This document shows, one piece after another, positions 61,231 to 64,000 of a stretch of 64,000 nt of DNA. The notes under the pieces were generated by a model that was given only the letters and a program-made list of their open reading frames with translations, made no database searches and was not told the DNA's origin. The stretch is taken from the NCBI RefSeq assembly GCF_036321535.1, contig NC_087436.1, positions 20,338,001-20,402,000 on the forward strand, given 5' to 3'. This stretch comes from Camelus dromedarius (lineage: Eukaryota). Both the position numbers and the translations under genes were made by a program. Within the stretch, counting starts at the first letter, position 1. The number at the start of each line of letters is the position of its first letter.

Positions 61231-62180
61231 ATTTTTGTCAGCTTTATGGAGGTAGAATTGATATACAATAAAATTTTAAGTTTATAATTTGATGAAATTT
61301 GACAGATGGATACAATTGTGTAACCAGCACCGCAAACATCATATAGGACATTTCTATCACTCAAAGAGTTTCTTACGCCCTTTTGCGCTTCACCCCACAC
61401 CCCTGGCTCTCCTGCACATCCACTAATGTGCTATTTTTTTGCCTTTTCTAGACTCCCAAATGGAATGATATGATATGATCTGCTTCTTTCACTTAACATA
61501 ATGGAAACACTTTGAGATTCATCCATGTTGTTGTGTGATTTTGTTGTTTGTTCCTTTTTATTACTGAGTAGTGATTTGTTGTATGGATGGACTACATTTT
61601 GTTTATCCATTTACCAGCTGATGGATATTTAAATTCTTTCCATTTTGGGGCTAGTTATGACTAAAGCTGCTGAGAATGTTTGCTTGCAAGTCTTTGTGCG
61701 GACTTAGGTTTTCTTTTTGCTTGGATTAATACCTAGAGGTGGCATTGCTGGGTCATAAGGTAAATGTATGTTAACTTAATGAGAAATTGCCAATCTGTTT
61801 TCCAAAGTGGCTGTGCCATTTTGCATTCTCATCGGCAACGTAAGAGGATTCCAATTGCTCAACTTCTTCATCAACACTCAGGATTGTCAGCCTTTTAAGT
61901 TGTAGCTGTGTTAGTGATTGTGTAGTGGGATATCATTGTGATTTTTAACTTATTTCTCTAGTAATGTTCAGCATCTTGTTACATGCTTATTTGCCATCCG
62001 TATATCTTTGTTGGTGAAATGTGTATTCAGAGATTTTGTCCTTTTTTTGTTACGTTTGTTTTATTGAATTACAAGTTTACTTTGTATTATATATATGTTT
62101 TCCAGTATTTTGTTCCAATTTGTATCTTTTTATATTCTTAATAGTGTCTTTTGAGGACCATATTTTGCTTTTGATGAGTG
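61231..62180 (-). mobile_element. old L1M LINE in OTUD4 intron 3
   Basis: 'cagctttatggaggtagaattgatatacaataaa' and 'gccaatctgttttccaaagtggctgtgccattttgcattctcatcggcaa'. Confidence 0.85.
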
Positions 62181-63934
62181 TTTAAGAACATTTAAATTAG
62201 CATTTTTGATGTAGTATAGTTCTTTAGTTAAAACAGGTTTTGCAGAAATGCTGTTCTTTCACCCAAAATAAGGAAGTAGATCAAACATACACAGAGTGCT
62301 GAGTAATTACAGCCTTAAAGGTGGAAGGCAATGGTAGAACATAGTTTTTTTTTAATAATTTAAAATTATAAATTTTTGACCCTGGTTAGAGAAGACAAGA
62401 AGATACTATAATGGCCCTTTTGCACTTAACCAGGCTACAACAGAGTTTATTCTGAAGATTTAAATACTTGTAGAAAGGTCCATTATTTGAGAGGTAGTAT
62501 TTTGTTGACACTTGTAGAATAATTTTCCATTTTTCAAGTGATGTAATGCATTCTGTAAAGTGGATGTAGCTTGTGTTCGCGAGCTAAGCAGACTGATTTC
62601 AGGGGAGGATTTCCTCTATACCAGAGGGTGTCACTTTTAGCAGCTTATGAGAAGCCGTGATTGTTAGGCAGAGGCCTATTTTAAGAAATCTATTTTAATA
62701 TATGGCACCCATTTCATTTTGAAAACCAGAGCCAACTTTTAAGAACTATTAAAATGCAAAGTCTGTGGAGGAAAGATGATTGTTTTCTGAGAGATCACAG
62801 CATTATCTAAAACCTTTTCCTTGTCTCAAAGTTCTTTTCTTCCAGGGAGAAAGAGGCAGCATTCATTTATCATAGCTCGTTATGTTTAGCAACTCTTGGT
62901 AGTAAGTCTTTACTGATTTCATGGGTAGTATAGGAGTAGATCTCATGGTAAAAAATTTAACACAGAATAAGGAGTGAAAATCCTTCGTTTTCCCTCATCT
63001 TGTAGTCCCTGTCTCTCTGCTGTCAGTTCAGGACATGTCCTCGCAGGCCTCCTGTCACATGTATGCACACCTATCGGACGTGCCTTCCTGTTTGTTTTGC
63101 ACAACAGGGTTATTTTACTATGACTGTCTTTTTCCCTTAGTAGTTGGGGTGATCCTTCCCAGTCAGTTCACATGAGTGTACCTTCTTTTTGATGATTGCA
63201 TGGTGTTTCTGTACATAATTTGGATGAACCATAAATTAATAACTTCTTGTCTATTGGTGGAATCTTGGGGCTTTCTTTAAAAAATTTTTTTTAAACTATT
63301 AAAAATAGCTACAGTGAACATTCTTGTTTATGTACACTTGTGAACATATGAAAAATTTCTTTAGGGTAGACTTAATAGAAGTTGAATTGCTGGATCAATG
63401 AGTATATGGGGATTTAAAATTTTGATATATACTGGCTATTTTCTTCTAAAAAGTTGAAGGACTTAAAATGGCTCCTTTAGTACTAGAACTTCTACCGCAC
63501 GGTACCGTGACTGCTGGGACGCTGCTTTCTTTGTGCTCAGTCATGCTGAAGATAAGAGACCTTCTGCCCTTTTCCATCCTTTCTGATTCCTGAGTTCTGC
63601 TCCTGCTCATCATCCCATTTTCTGGGCACGTACCATGTGCCAGGCTCTGTCCGGCTAGGTTGGAAGACAGAGCCCTTGCCTTCAGCAAGTTCTCAGCTTA
63701 AAAGTACCACTCCGTCATCTTGCCACGCGAGCAGAAACTCTTACGGCGTCCCCGTAGTTGGGCTGCCTTTTAGTACATATTATTGTCTGTTTTACAGACA
63801 TGCTTTTATAATATTCATAATACTAATAATATTAATGAGCTTTTCTAGTTCATTAGGTATATTGTATAAAGATATGTATTAAGGTTTTGTAAAAAGTAGG
63901 AGACTTACGTGCCAACTTCTTTTCTTCAATACAG

Positions 63935-63981
63935 GAATGGGTTGGACAAGTGGAAATAAGTGCCCTTTCTCTTATGTACAG
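63935..63981 (+). CDS. OTUD4: OTUD4 coding exon 4 (aa 99-114; gene continues beyond the window)
   Basis: acceptor cttcttttcttcaatacag|; EWVGQVEISALSLMY plus AG; donor CAG|GTAAAC; 47 bp, phase 2. Confidence 0.95.
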
Positions 63982-64000
63982 GTAAACACTGTAATAACAT

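Noticed and set aside
1..64000. CRISPR arrays, operons or prokaryote-style defence systems
   Set aside because: The sequence is mammalian intergenic and intronic DNA; no repeat-spacer arrays or gene-dense coding blocks

Overview
Mammalian genomic DNA, most likely a camelid (camel, llama or alpaca). Four copies of a tRNA-Ala(AGC)-derived SINE resembling the camelid Vic-1 family are present, and I saw no Alu, Bov-A/tA or PRE-1. The first ~50 kb is repeat-rich intergenic DNA: L1, L2, MIR, ERVL/MaLR and ERV1 LTRs, and a Tigger1 derivative. A CpG island at ~50.85-52.33 kb is the promoter of OTUD4 (OTU deubiquitinase 4, + strand). Its first four coding exons are 51860-52018, 56197-56280, 58749-58799 and 63935-63981, with canonical GT-AG boundaries and the catalytic D42/C45 motif; the gene runs off the right end. 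Nearly all other ORFs in the track are spurious. I found no convincing previously undescribed biological system. The most interesting items are regulatory or retrotransposition features: uORFs, IRF-E, kB and ZNF143-type sites in the OTUD4 promoter, two candidate unannotated upstream exons, an LTR 3' end apparently retroposed by L1 machinery, a twin-primed L1 and a nested ERV1 LTR cluster. Repeat family names come from recalled consensus sequences, and repeat boundaries are approximate unless a TSD is given.
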